This document shows positions 1 to 12,234 of a stretch of 64,000 nt of DNA, one piece after another. The notes beneath the pieces were generated by a model. It was not told the origin of the DNA. It did not search any database and saw nothing but the letters and a program-made list of their open reading frames with translations. The stretch lies in NCBI RefSeq assembly GCF_016433145.1, contig NC_058130.1, positions 219,815,247 to 219,879,246 of the forward strand. Reading direction: 5' to 3'. Source of the stretch: Gracilinanus agilis (Eukaryota). The position numbers and the translations under genes are program-made. How positions within the stretch are numbered: the first letter of the stretch is position 1; every line of letters begins with the position of its first letter.

Positions 1-364
1 AGCCTAACATCCTAGGATTCCACAAACTTTAATACAATCAGGTAGGAGGGTCTACAATAAAAGTTTTGTCTCTGCTTTATCAGGCTTATTTTTCATAGAC
101 AGAACTCTGGGAGTGAAAAAGGCAGAGAGATGCTTAGAAAGTACAAGTTTAGTGACAGAGTAGGAGTGATGGATGATAGCATCAAGTGTGTTCAAAGCCT
201 ATGGGGAAGTATGTAACTCTAACTGAATAATCCTTTAGCAAAATTCCCTTAGAAACAAGCCTCTCTTCCTAGAACTTTGCAAGCTAGAGATACACAAGGA
301 AAGGACTCCTACCTCTCATCCAGCCTCCACAGAAACTCAAGGCCAGTTTGACTAAAGCATAGGG

Positions 365-580
365 CAGTGATGGTGAACTTTTTAAGAGATCGAGTGCCCA
401 ACCTACACCCTCATGCCACATATGAGCTTCCCCCTTACCCTAGACAGGGGAGGGAGGAAGCACTCCCATTGGGCTGCTGGGCAGAGGGGCAGGAGATGTA
501 AGAAATGTCCTCAGAGGTGCATGGAGAGGGGGAGGGGAGCAGCCCCATCTAGTACTTGTGCCATAGGTTAACCAATACTG
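365..580 (+). mobile_element. hAT-type non-autonomous DNA transposon (MITE), about 216 bp
   Basis: Terminal inverted repeats CAGTGATGGTGAAC...GTTAACCAATACTG. Same family as 3983-4179 in the opposite orientation. TSD is degraded (5/8 match). Confidence 0.7.
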
Positions 581-629
581 GTATATGTGTAATTAGACAT
601 TCTCTTTCTGTGTTTTTGTTTCTGGAATT

Positions 630-1500
630 TGTTTTTAATATTTGAGGTAGCAAAGAACATCTAAAAACCTGTATTTTAAGAAATCAATTTGTAAGCTGGT
701 TGGCTGTGAAACTGAAAAACGGAAAAAACTGACTATAGGGAGACCAGTTAGGGAGTTACTGCAATAGTATAGGCAAGAGGTCATTAACATGGTAAGAAGA
801 GAGATTATAAGGGAAGGGATACAAGAGTTGTTGAAGTTAGGAAAAAAACAACAACTTGGCAACTGATTAGATATTGTGGAGGGAGGGACAGTGGTGATAA
901 ATGAAAGTAAAGAGTTGTGGTCAACTCCTATCTTGAGAACTTGGGTGCTTGAAAGATTAGTGGTAGCCAGGGCACCTGAGTGGCTCAGTAGAAAGCCAGG
1001 CCATCCTGGGTTCAAATCTGTCCTCAGAAACTTTCTGACTGTGTGACATTCTAGACAAGTCACTTAACCCCCATTGCCTAGCCCTTACCTGTGGGGTATG
1101 TTAGGAGAAGTAATGCATTCAGTTTGTGACATTTTGAGTTTGAAATGTCTGAGGGACATGGAGGTGATATCTAGCTGACAACTGGATATGTGAAACTAAA
1201 GCTCAGAAGAAAGAGGAATAGGTAGATGTGGTAGTCATTATGGATGATGATCCTGCAAAAGAAAACTAGAAGGATTAGTTAGGCCATAGGAATAGAACAA
1301 GAGGGCAATGTCACAAAAACCAAGGGTGAATAAAATATCCGAAAGGAAGGGAGTAAGTGAATCCTGTCAAATACTGTGGTGAGATTAAATAGATTGGGGG
1401 GTCTGAGAAGAGACCTTAGCAATTAAAAGATCACCAACTCCCCTAAAGAAAGCAATTTCTGCTTGGTAGGAAGCCCAGAACTTGAGGAGTGAGGTGTGAT
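630..1500 (+). mobile_element. L2 LINE remnant interrupted by a truncated SINE (about 970-1089)
   Basis: Purine-rich strand with L2 3' hallmarks (TTTGTGACATTTTGAGTTTGAAATGTCTGAGGGACAT; GCAATTAAAAGATCA). Boundaries approximate. Confidence 0.55.
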
Positions 1501-1987
1501 GGCAACAAGCATGGACAGTTTTTGATAAGTTTCTGTTCAAAGGTCATCTAGTTCGATCCATTTCATCTTATGGAGGGGGAAACTAAGGTACAGAAAAGTC
1601 ACAAGACCTTCAGTACCAAGTCACGCAAACTGTCATTTACTGGCAGAGAGCACTTTTCTAGTGGTAGAGAAGGTCTCCTCTTCTTCCCTTACTTCACTTC
1701 CAAGTTCCCAGTCCAGGTAAAGTTCTATTCCTGGGAAAGAAACAGCAGTTCCCGGGAGCAATCCATCCCACAGGGAAACCGCTCCACCCAATGAAATTAC
1801 TTGGCCAACTCCAGGAAGGAGGAGCCCAGAGCCAGCAGAAAGAAAGTCCACTCGGCTTCCGTAGGACCCGCTTTCCACATACCCAAGTGAAATTCCCGCC
1901 CCCCCCCCCCCACCTCCACTAACCGTAGGTCAAAAAGAGAAAGACTGAGAGCCGAATGGGGGAGCATAGGGAAGTCGCATTACATAC

Positions 1988-2001
1988 CTCGGCCCCTCCA
2001 T
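1988..2001 (-). CDS. PMS2: Probable PMS2 first coding exon (M-E-G-P-S, 14 nt, phase 2); rest of the gene lies left of the window
   Basis: Minus strand reads GGATCGGATCTGAGTATTC-ATG GAG GGG CCG AG|GTATGT. It is head-to-head with AIMP2 as in human. The GGATCGG...ATGGAG leader, the AG|GT end and phase 2 match my recollection of human PMS2 exon 1. Only 5 codons are visible, so synteny carries much of the call. Confidence 0.7.
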
Positions 2002-2344
2002 GAATACTCAGATCCGATCCAGCCAGGGCTGGTTTAAAGAATTTCCCGCTTCGGCAGCATTGACTCCCAGCCCCGCCTCGCGCCCGTTCATTGGTGATCC
2101 TCAGAATCTTTTCACTGTCCCTTTTCCAAAAGAACTCAACGCCCTCTTACTCTGATTGGCTGGGAACAAGGTGCATCACGCGTCAGTCCAGGAGCTTCGA
2201 CCACTCAGTAAGCCTAAACTACAGGGTTTTCCGGTTCTCTAGCCGCAGCAACGGAAGGATTCATAGTAATTGCCATTTGTCCGTCGTAGCCACAGTGCTG
2301 TTGTGTGCACTTTCCTGTGACTCCCCCCTCACTTCCTTTCCGCG

Positions 2345-2488
2345 ATGCCTATGTACCAGGTAAAGCCCTATCACGGGGTGAGTGGATCGCTGTGTGTAGA
2401 GCTCCCCACCTGCATGTACCGAGTCCCTAATATACACGGCAAGAACCGAGGCTCAGCCTTCACCGTGGGCCCCGCAGGGCACGTGCAG
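2345..2488 (+). CDS. AIMP2: AIMP2 (JTV1/p38) exon 1, aa 1-48, LysRS-binding N-terminus
   Basis: [31 protein letters not shown]...GHVQ; donor CAG|GTAGGA; both LysRS-binding motifs are recognisable. Confidence 0.97.
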
Positions 2489-3179
2489 GTAGGATCCCGG
2501 CCGAGCGCCTCCGTAACTCCGTCTGCGCGCGCACGCGCTCTGATCCTGTAGCCCTCGGAGCCGGGGCGGGGCAGAGTGGGCGCGCGGGGTTCGGAGCGCG
2601 TGGTTGTGGGAGGGCTTAATCTGTTGGGGGAGGGGGGGAGCAGTGCGGGGTGTGCGCAGCTGTTACTGCTGCGAAGCGGGGCAGTCAGTCTCAGTGTTTT
2701 ACCGAGGCGGTTGGGCGAAGTGTAAGGTCTTGGGATGGGACTGCCCGTCCCCTCGGCTTCATTTCTGGGATTGGTTTTTGGAACTTTTGCGTGGATGTTC
2801 TCCCAGAAGGGAATAGCCCTTGTGCGGCCTGAGCTAAGAGGCTCCCCCGGCCCTGGAACCCGAACTCACCCTTTCCCGAGGCCCAGTCCCTGCCCGCTGC
2901 CCGGTACTGGGAGCCATCGTTGGATCTTAGTGGTAGAGCCGGAAGGATCTCCTAGGAGTCACCTATCTGATGCAAATCCCCTCTTTTTACAGATGAGGAA
3001 AGTTAGAGCCAGAGAGCCCAGAGACTTGTTTGTCACAAGATTCTAACCCAGGGTCTCTGTCTCCAAAACCAGCGAGTGTTTTTTTCCTACTACGACTCTA
3101 CTTGGCCTTTTTTCTCAGGGCTGCCCCAAGACCTCTTGATTACCTCACCCCAATTCAGTTTTTAAATTTCTTACCCATA

Positions 3180-3760
3180 AGTAAGTGATGTCCAGGAAGA
3201 CTGATTAGAATGAAGAGAAATTTGAATCAGGGAACCCACTTAGAAGGCTGTTGCAATAGTCCAGGTGTGAGGTGATTGATGAGGGTCGGAACTAGAGTTG
3301 TGGCTGTGGGAGTGGAGAAGAGGGACATATAAGAGAGATACTCTGGGAGAAAAATGAGAGAGAGGGAAGAGCTGAGGATGATGCTGTGTTTGTGAACTTG
3401 GATAACAAAAGATGGTGTCCTCAATAGTAAAAGGGAAATTGGGAAGAGAATAATGTTTTATGAGGAAGGCAAGAGGAGGAATTGTGTTTTGGATTTGCAG
3501 AATGTAAGATGCCTATAAAGCATCCAGTTTGAAATGTCTAAAAGGCAGTTGGTGAGGAAAGATTGGAGCTCAAGAGAGAGAGACTATAATTATAAGTTCT
3601 GAGAATCATCAGCATGGAGAAGATAATTGAACTTCTAGTGAAAGAGAACAGAAAATAGAAAAGGACCAAAAGGGAACCTTGGGATTGGGACACTCATAGT
3701 TAGTGGGTGTGACATGGATGAAGATGGAGCAGAGACTGAGAAAGAGCAGAGAGAAAGAAA
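3180..3760 (+). mobile_element. L2 remnant
   Basis: Contains CATCCAGTTTGAAATGTCTAAAAGGCAGTTGG and GACTGAGAAAGAGCAG motifs typical of marsupial L2. Boundaries approximate. Confidence 0.55.
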
Positions 3761-3982
3761 ACCATTAAATCAACAAATATTTATCAAGCAATAAGATTAC
3801 CAGTATGTGAGACATTTACTAGGCACTGGGGACAAAGAATGAAACCCTCCATACTAAGAAGCAGCTTACAATCTAATAGAGGAAAGAAGTACAAATAAAA
3901 ATAGCATAACTGTAAATTTGACTTGCTTAGCATGTGCTGCCTCTTGTCTCTCCTCCAGAGTATCTTGTTGCTTCTTCTAGGC

Positions 3983-4179
3983 CCTTGGTGGTGAACCTAT
4001 TGCACACCTGCCAAAGTTTGTTACTAGAAAGTCAGAAGGACCAGACCCAAGCTGTTCCTTTCTCCCTCTCCATGCCTGAGGACATTTTTTTTCACTTCAC
4101 CTGTCCCTCTGCCCAGCATCCCTGTTATCTCTAGAGGGTGGGGCACGGGCACATGTCTCTAAAAGGTTTGCCATCACTA
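3983..4179 (-). mobile_element. hAT MITE (197 bp) with a perfect 8-bp TSD
   Basis: TSD TTCTAGGC at 3975-3982 and 4180-4187; TIR-like ends ...GGTGAACCTAT and AAAGGTTTGCCATCACTA. Confidence 0.85.
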
Positions 4180-4379
4180 TTCTAGGCTGTCTTTCCCAGG
4201 GTGGCAGACGGTGGAGATGGCTGGCCTCTTCTCCAGGAATTTCCTTCCTAGATGATGGCTGTTAGGGCTGGGCTAGAAGAAGGATCAGTAGTCTGGGGTG
4301 GTGGTGTCCTGGCATCCACAGGGCTTCTGTGGCATTTGGTCAGCAATTATTGCTGGTGGTTTAATGAAAAAGACCCCCT

Positions 4380-5980
4380 TTCCACAATGATTTTCCCCTT
4401 AGTAGACTGCCTAACCTATATCTGAGGAGGCAGAAAGGATTCCAAGTAAGAGAGACCATTACAGTGTAGATGGCAGATGGAAAGTCACAAGTGAGTAACA
4501 GAGAGAAACCCATTTAGCCTGGATTGTATGCAGGAGGGATGTCCAGTTAAGTTTGGGAAAAGAGGTTAGGACCACATTAGGGAAGGCTTTAAAAGCTAAC
4601 TAGAGTTTATATTTTCTTTTAGAGGCAATAGGAAGCTATTGGAATTGGTTGAACAGTAGAGTCATATGGTTAGGACCATACTTAACAAAGAATTACTTGG
4701 GCAGCAAAGTGCAAAATGAACTGTAGAGTGGCAAAAGACTCTGAGTCAGAGACAGATTAGAGGACTGTTGCAGTAATCACAGGGAAAAGTGTTGAAGGCT
4801 GGAACACAGGGAGATGTGTTGTTAATTTTGTATTCTGAAGATAGAAATAGCAAAATTTGGCAACCAATCGAATGTACAAATGAAGGGAGAGGGGGAGTCC
4901 AGGATAATGCCAAGGTTATAATCCTAAGAAACTGGAGAGATAGTAGTGCCTCCTATAGAAAACGGGAGGTTTGGGGAAAGTATTTAGGGGGAAGAGTGAT
5001 GATAAGTTCAGTTTTAGAATGTTGAGGGGAAAGTAGAATCAAAAATCCAGAGAGAAAAGAGTATTCAGGAGAAGGTGGTAAGAAGTATCAGATGCTGCTG
5101 AAAGGCAAAGAAGAATGAGGATTGAAAGGGGGAAAAGAAAAAAGGCTGTTAAATTTGGCAATTAAAAGATCATTGGTGGGGGCAGCTGGGTAGCTCAGTG
5201 GAGTGAGAGTCAGGCCTAGAGACAGGAGGTCCTAGGTTCAAACCCGGCCTCAGCCACTTCCCAGCTGTGTGACCCTGGGCAAGTCACTTGACCCCCATTG
5301 CCCACCCTTACCAATCTTCCAACTATGAGACAATACACCAAAGTACAAGGGTTTAAAAAAAAAAAAAAAAAAAGATCATTGGTAACTTTGGAGAGAATAG
5401 TTTCAGTTGAATGATGAGGTTAAAAAACCAAATGAAAAGGGTTTAGAAGAGAGTGAGGAGAGAAAATTAAGGCATCGATATTAAGACAGATTTCTCAGAG
5501 GAGTTTAACTGACAAAAGAAGAGGCATGGGGCAGAAGTTAGCAGGCACAGTTGGATCCAGTGAAGCTTTTCTAAGGATGGGGAGAGTTAAATATGTTTGT
5601 AAGTAGCAGGGAAGGAACCAATAGATTGTGAGACACTGAAGATTTGAAGGGTTGGTAGTAAGAGAGATAGTGAGGACCATCTCCTGGAGTGGAAGAGGAT
5701 AGAATCACTGGTACATATAGGGTGGTTAAGTTGGTGACAAAAGGGAGCCACTGCCCAGAAAGTAGGTTAAAGGAGGAGGTAGTGGAGTTTGATGTCAGCA
5801 ATATGAGAAGAGGAGAGGAATTCTATCAAATGGCCTTACTTTTTTTTAGTGAAGCATGAAGGCAGATCCTGGTATGAAAAGGAAAGGGAGAGATAAAAAG
5901 GTTTGGAATAGCCACAGTAAGATAAGCAATCAGGGAGGGGGAGGTATTGAAGTACCTCGCTGAAATGGGGGCCTAGTTAA
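4380..5980 (+). mobile_element. L2 remnant(s)
   Basis: Purine-rich L2-type sequence, e.g. TTTGGCAATTAAAAGATCATTGGTAACTTTGGAGAGAATAGTTTCAGTTGAATGATGAGG once the SINE is removed. Confidence 0.6.
5178..5373 (+). mobile_element. SINE1_Mdo-like tRNA/CORE SINE, young copy
   Basis: GGGGGCAGCTGGGTAGCTCAGTGG head, A19 tail, TSD AAAAGATCATTGGT on both sides. Confidence 0.9.
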
Positions 5981-7099
5981 GAGTAGGTAGCAGAAATTTG
6001 TAGTAAACTTCCAGTCAACACTATTTGGTGATCTCCTCTAGTTCCCCTTCTACAGCATGCTACTTCACACCCTATGAAATAGTACATTATCCATTTGACA
6101 GAAAATGAAACCAAGCGCCACCTTAAATGGCTTGCTCAAGATCACAACTAGCAAATAATGGAACCAAGACTTGAACTCCCATGTCTCTTCTATCCTTTAT
6201 CTAATAACATTTTTAAAAGATCCTACAAAGTTGTCTGGGTTTTTTTTTTTCCCACCTTTCCTTAAAACATCTTTCCTTAAAAAAAAAAAACTAGAGTGAA
6301 AAGTTAAAATACTAAACATTCAGCAGCAATCCATTTCATTTTTAATGAGAGGACAAGGGTAGCAGGTAGCATGTGTTCATTTAAACACAAGATAATATTT
6401 AGAGCTAGAAAGTTACCTTAAGAGATCCTCTTATGACCTTATTTTATGGATGAAGAAACTAAAACAAAGAGGCTGATTTCCCCACAGTCGAACCAAGGTA
6501 GCAAACAGTAGAACTAGTTGGGATCCAAACGCAGATCCTCTTAACTCAAGATCAGTGCACTTTCTTTTCCCTTAACCCAAGTCCCCAAAGAATTTCTGTC
6601 ATGATACATAATGGCATTGGCCTTGGTAGTCAGGAAGACCTGGTTTTGAATCTTGCCTCAATTATATACTAGCTATGTTCAGTATATCATTCAAACTCTG
6701 TAAGCCCCAGTTTATTAATCTATAAATGAGGTGAGTAGTACTCACTTCATAAAGTAGCCATTAGAACTAAATGAGAATGTTGATGAAGCACTTTGTAAAT
6801 CTTACAAGACTAAACATAAGCTGTTATTATATTCCAGCCCTCAGATTGATATGTGTGTATACCTAAAACAAATTCCATATTTCCCAATTTGCTACCACAG
6901 CTAAATATTGGCCTTCAAAGTCAGGAAGACCTGGGTTCTACTCTTACCTCTGAAATGTGTTTTTGGCTGTACTATGAATCTCAACAAATCACTTAATCTC
7001 TCAGTGCCTCATTTACTGTTCTGCACTGGTTGGAGCGATTTTCTTCCCTGGAATACTCTGCTCAGATGAAATCCGGGGTATGGTCTAAAAGAAGGTTTC

Positions 7100-7757
7100 T
7101 ACCACTGCTGGGTTTATACTCCCCAAAGAGATAATAAGGAAAAAGACTTATACAAAAATATTTATGGCCACACTCTTTGTGGTGGCAAAAAAATTGGAAA
7201 ATGAGGGGATGCCTTTTGATTGGGGAATGGCTAAACAAATTGTGGTATCTGTTAGTGATGGAATACTACTTTGCTAAAAGGAATAATGAACTGGAGGAAT
7301 TCCATGTGAACTGGAACGACCTCTAGAAATTGATGCAGAGTGAAAGGAGCAGAACCAGGAGAACTATATACACAGAGACAGATACACTGTGGTACAATCA
7401 AATGTAATGGACTTCTACTAACAGCAATGCAATGATCTAAGACATTTCTGAGGGACTTGGGAGAAAAAAATGCAATCCACATCCAGAGAAAACTGGGAGT
7501 AGAAACACAGAAGAAAAACAACTGCTCGATCACATGGGTCAATGGGGATATGATTGGGGATGTAGACTCTAAAACGATCACCCTAGTAGTGCAAATATCA
7601 ATAATATAGAAATAGGTCTTGATCAATGACACATGTAAAAACCCAGTGGCATTTTGAGTTGGCTATGGGAATGGGGTGGGAGGAGAGGAGGGAAAGAACA
7701 TGAATCATGTAACCATGGAAAAATTTTCTTAATCATTTAAAATAAAATGAAATAAAA
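7100..7757 (+). mobile_element. 5'-truncated L1 (end of ORF2 plus 3'UTR)
   Basis: L1 3' motifs (GGGGAATGGCTAAACAAATTGTGGT, TTGATGCAGAGTGAAAGGAGCAGAACCAGGAGAAC) and an A-rich tail. Confidence 0.8.
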
Positions 7758-7939
7758 GTTTTCTCCTGTGGCATACATCACAGATTCAGGGAGGGGTAGC
7801 AGATTGAGCCCTGATCCCAGTCCAGTCACTTACTGTGACCATGGGCAAGTTATTTGACCAATATAACTTTGAGCAAGTCACATGATATTTGTAATTTTAC
7901 TATTGCACATCTTTCAATTTTTTCTTTTAGTTTAGTTTT

Positions 7940-8110
7940 GTTTTTTTAACCCTCATCTTCCGACTTAGTACTGGTTCTAAGGGCTAGGCAATGGGGGTTA
8001 AGTGACTTGCGCAGGGTCACTCAATTAGGAAGTTTCCGAGGCCAGATTTTAACCTAGGACCTCCCATCTCTAGGCCTGGCTCTCAATTCACTGAGCCACC
8101 TCCTGCCCCC
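7940..8110 (-). mobile_element. SINE1_Mdo-like SINE
   Basis: Reverse complement of the SINE consensus seen elsewhere in the window. Confidence 0.8.
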
Positions 8111-9879
8111 TCTTTTTAAGTTTTAAAGGGCCTAATTGGTCCAGCACTTGGACAAAGCTAAAAGCTTATCATTCTTAGAATGTTTTTTGCATGATCTCTA
8201 GTTACTCCAAAAGAAAAACAGCAACAGTCCGTTAAGGTATATATTATCCCAGTTTTAAGGATGAAGAAACTGAGGCTTGGAGAGATGATGTGACTTGCCC
8301 AAGGTCACACAATTGGTAGTCCAAAGATTCACAGAATCTCAGAATTGGAGGGAAAATGGAGGACATTGAGTCCAACCCAAAACTGTGTTGCAATAGAAAA
8401 AAGCCTTGATCTGGAGTCAGAAGACCTGTATTTGAACACCGTTTTCTGCCATTTGCTATAAGATTAGAAAAGTCATTTCTCCTGAATCTCAATTACCTTT
8501 TCTGTGCAACTAAGGGGTTGGTCTAGATGACTGTTCAAGCTCCAAATTATGATCCTGAACAAGAATCTCTTTTACAAGTGTTATAGCTAGTCTTCGTCTC
8601 TTTACTTGAAAACTGTCCAAGAGGGAACCTCAGAAAGTCAAATCTGTGTCTTTGCAGCAGCTTCTCATTATTTTTTGTCTCACTGGGACTAAACTAAACA
8701 AATCTGATCCCTCTTCCCTATGACAGCTTTTCAGATACTTAAAGACTCAAACCAAAGTTATCTTATTCCTAGTCCAGCGTTCTTCCTACTATGTCTCAAA
8801 AAAACTTCAGGGAAGAAAAATTTAGATATGAAACAAATACTGCCTGATAAATAGTATTTGCAACTCTTAGTATCATGATTAAAGATATTTATTTTTCATA
8901 TCAAAAATCATGCATCACTTTCATTTCCAGTCAGTGCCTACTTAATTATTTGACATATTACTATATTTCACCCCTAACTGGTTATCCATTTTGCATCATG
9001 CACTATTATTGATCACAAGATAAATGACTATGGTTAGGATCTAGGGACAGGACATTATTGTTATTAGAAAAAACATAAAGCCCATATCCTAACAGTGCAG
9101 AGATGAAAAATTGTACCTTCTGCCTCTCATGAAATATGTGATTTCAGAGAAGCCCTCTGAAACCCAGATACTTAACCACTTTCCCCACTCAGGGTTAAAA
9201 CTAAGAGACATTTGCCTCAGCTTGGTTTTTTACATGCAACTGACATGTTTTTAGCAGCATTGTGATTTTGAGCAGAAATAGAGAAATGGAATCATTTTCT
9301 AAGTGAGGTCCTTGTAATCTGCTTTCATTTTTTTTAACTTGAATTTCATTCTTAGGACAGGAAACATTAATATTCAAATGTAAATAAAGACATTTCCAAA
9401 ACTAAACATTTTGGGCTTTTTCCAATAAATTTTTTTTCTATTTTATTGCAAGTAGCTTAATTATTAGATACCAAAGAGATTTTCTACAAAGTGTGCAGAG
9501 TGTTTTTGAGGTTCTGTGAATGTTCAGGATATTCTGCATCAATTTTCTGTATCTGTTCACCTTGCTATACTAAATTGCATGAAATAGTTTAAAATTTTAG
9601 AACATAATTTCAAAATAAAAACTAGAACTTAATTACTGAGTGCTTACAGACTGCATATGACAATAGCATGAGCTATTAAAAATATAAGCATTTATATCTC
9701 CTTTTCTATTAGTAATATAATAGAATAAGAAGAGAAAGGAGGATCAATGTATTTAAAATTTTATGGAGAAGATAACATTTCTTCATTGCCTGACTTTGGC
9801 ATCAACAAAAGAATACTTTCAGATGGAAAAAATGAATTCTAAAAGGAAATGAAAACATTGTTGATTTTGGTTGATTTAG

Positions 9880-10086
9880 GAAGAGGCTGATCCATCTCTT
9901 CAGGCCCTTGAGTCTCGCCAAGAAGAGATTTTAAAACGTTTGTATGAATTGAAAGCTGCTGTTGATGGGCTCTCCAAGATGATACAAACTCCAGATGCAG
10001 ACTTTGATGTGACAAACATGATCCAAGCTGATGAATATACTACTTTAACGACGAGTGCAGTAGACTTAGATTCAATGCTTGGGAAG
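9880..10086 (+). CDS. AIMP2: AIMP2 exon 2 (207 nt, phase 0-0)
   Basis: ttgatttag|[41 protein letters not shown]...MLGK|GTAAGT; same size as the human exon. Confidence 0.97.
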
Positions 10087-11123
10087 GTAAGTTCATGTTT
10101 AAAGTTGAATCATGGTAGCATGTTTGGGTCATTTTTTCACTAAGAATTCTAGGAATGGTACTAAAAAGTATCTAAGTATCTCAAATGAAATTTGTTACAT
10201 CCATTTTTCAAATCAAATTTTAAAAAAATAAAGAAATTTGTTACAGTCCCCCCTAGATTTTGAAGTGAAAGAAAAATGCCTCCTAAACAATGAGAAAATT
10301 AATTAGCTGTCACAGAGCCTAATTTAGGATAGTGTTTTCCTTTAAGTTAATTAATCTATTTAGTTTGGTTTCCCTTTCTTCCTTGGCAGAGAATGAAGGC
10401 TAGAACTAGGGAAGTTGTGGCAACGCAGAAAGTTCTATGGATCTTCATAGAACCATCTTGGGTATCATTATAGTACAGCAGAATACAGTAATTGCTTATA
10501 ATGACCAAATTATCAAGAATGTGTTAAATTGTGTTCGTTTTATGTATTACAGCAGAAAACAATAGAGTACCTACAGAACATTTTACATTTCCATCAAAAA
10601 AGGTTAAAAAGAAGTTTCAATTCTTAAAGGGATAAGCATGTTAAGCTCATTCTCCAAAAATGTCAAATAACTTAATGAAGAGTAGCCTTTATTTAAGGTT
10701 AAGTCAGGTTTCAAAACTATGAAATCACTAGGCTAAACATGGAAGTAGATAGAGAACTAATCTCAAATACTTTCTCTGATATACTGAAAGCGTGACACTG
10801 AAGAAATTTAAACTTCAATGTCCCAGGCAATTCACTAATACCGAATAGAAGTAGGTTTACTGATCTGCATTAGAGGAGGGAGAGTTCTCTTTACTTTGGA
10901 GTTCCCTACACCAGTGAAATAGTCAAAACATCTGTATTTAAAATAAGATTTCTCATAAGAGGATCTTTATTGACAAAACATTTAATAGGTAGAAATGGAG
11001 AGTTCTTTTGGATTGCTAAATAAGAGAGAATTACTTTTATGGAGTTGTAATTTAGAATAACATTTCTAGAGCAGGATTTTATACTACTAGTTTCTTTCTT
11101 TCTTTTTTATAATTTCAATGCAG

Positions 11124-11355
11124 GATTATGGAGCATTGAAAGATATTGTGATCAATGCAAACCCAACTGTGCCTCCACTTTCCTTGTTGGTGCTACATAA
11201 CTTCCTTTGTGAACACTACAAGATATTATCAACTGTTCATGTGCATTCATCTGTAAAGAATGTTCCTGAAAATCTTTTAAAGTGTTTTGGAGAACAGGCC
11301 AAGAAACAGTCACGACATGAATATCAATTGGGCTTTACCTTAATTTGGAAGGATG
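11124..11355 (+). CDS. AIMP2: AIMP2 exon 3 (232 nt)
   Basis: cag|[14 protein letters not shown]...GFTLIWKD-G|GTAGGT. Confidence 0.97.
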
Positions 11356-11814
11356 GTAGGTAGAGGATTGTAGTTAAACTGATGATATAAATAATGAAAT
11401 TTATATATTACAAGACAAAATTATGTTAAGATTTATGTTTTCTAGAAAAATGAAAACTAATGAAAAGAAAAAAATTTAAAAGAAAATTCAGTTTCCATTA
11501 TTTTGACAGTTGAATCAAACCAATGACATTTTTAAAGGTAATGTCTCTCTCCCTTTATTGCTAAACTACATGTTTTTTAAAAGTCAGAAAAATCATATTT
11601 TTAAAAGTAGCCTTAGTAAACTTAAATATTAAATGCATCATACCATTGTATAAGTGCCATATACTTCAATATCTCAATGGTGATTGTTTCCCCTCATTAA
11701 CCATTCTTTCACAAGATCTCTTTGGAATATGCCAAAACTCTTCTTTATTTCTTAATACTCTAATACTTTTACTCAGAACAATTTTGGGTTAAGTTCCTAT
11801 ACTTTCCCAGTTCT

Positions 11815-11980
11815 GGGGCAACGTAGCACAGTAGAGAGCCAAGTGGATCTGGGTTCAAATTTGAACTCAGAGACACTTCCTATGTGGCCCTGGGCAAGTC
11901 ACTTAACCCTATTTGTCTAGTCCTTACTGCTCTTCTGTCTTAGAATTGATACTGACAGAAGGTATGGGGTTTTTTAATAA
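11815..11980 (+). mobile_element. Older SINE1/CORE SINE copy
   Basis: GGGGCAAC head and CORE GGGCAAGTCACTTAACC. Confidence 0.65.
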
Positions 11981-12234
11981 AGAAAGGAAAAAATGCACAA
12001 TTCATCTTTATTAGTGTTCTTTTCTGGTTGATTATATTGGCTAATCTCTTGGTTAAAAAGAAACTGATTGGTTAATGTGCTTTTGGAAAATTCCTTTCAG
12101 GCACTCATAAGCAAACATATCATTGCTACTAGAGTTTGTCCTTTATAATTTTTAAAGTAATAGTTAGCTAATATCCTTATTTAAAACAAAGTTACTATTA
12201 GTTACTAATTCTGAGATTTTTTTTTTCTTTTCAG

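Larger units (their letters stand above)
1850..2950. promoter_or_regulatory. CpG island and bidirectional PMS2/AIMP2 promoter
   Basis: GC/CpG-rich stretch in an AT-rich background. ATGs at 2001 (-) and 2345 (+) are 343 nt apart. CCAAT boxes (ATTGG) at 2090-2094 and 2155-2159, GC box near 2071, ETS-like TTCCGG at 2229, NRF1-like TGCGCGCGCA at 2524. Confidence 0.85.

Noticed and set aside
635-1063. 142-aa minus-strand ORF, considered as a PMS2 exon
   Set aside because: Antisense of L2/SINE sequence with no MutL similarity. No PMS2 exon 2 sequence was found in 1-1987.
2091-3046. Overlapping ORFs downstream of the AIMP2 start
   Set aside because: CpG-island ORFs in the promoter and intron 1; the real exon ends at the 2488 donor.
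3900-4370. Moderately GC-rich sequence flanking the 3983 MITE, considered as a retrocopy
   Set aside because: After removing the MITE and one TSD, all frames examined have stops and I recognised no protein; a BLASTX would be needed.
5178-5250. tRNA-like heads (A/B boxes) in SINEs, considered as tRNA genes
   Set aside because: They continue into CORE SINE bodies with A tails and TSDs; no cloverleaf or standalone tRNA is present.
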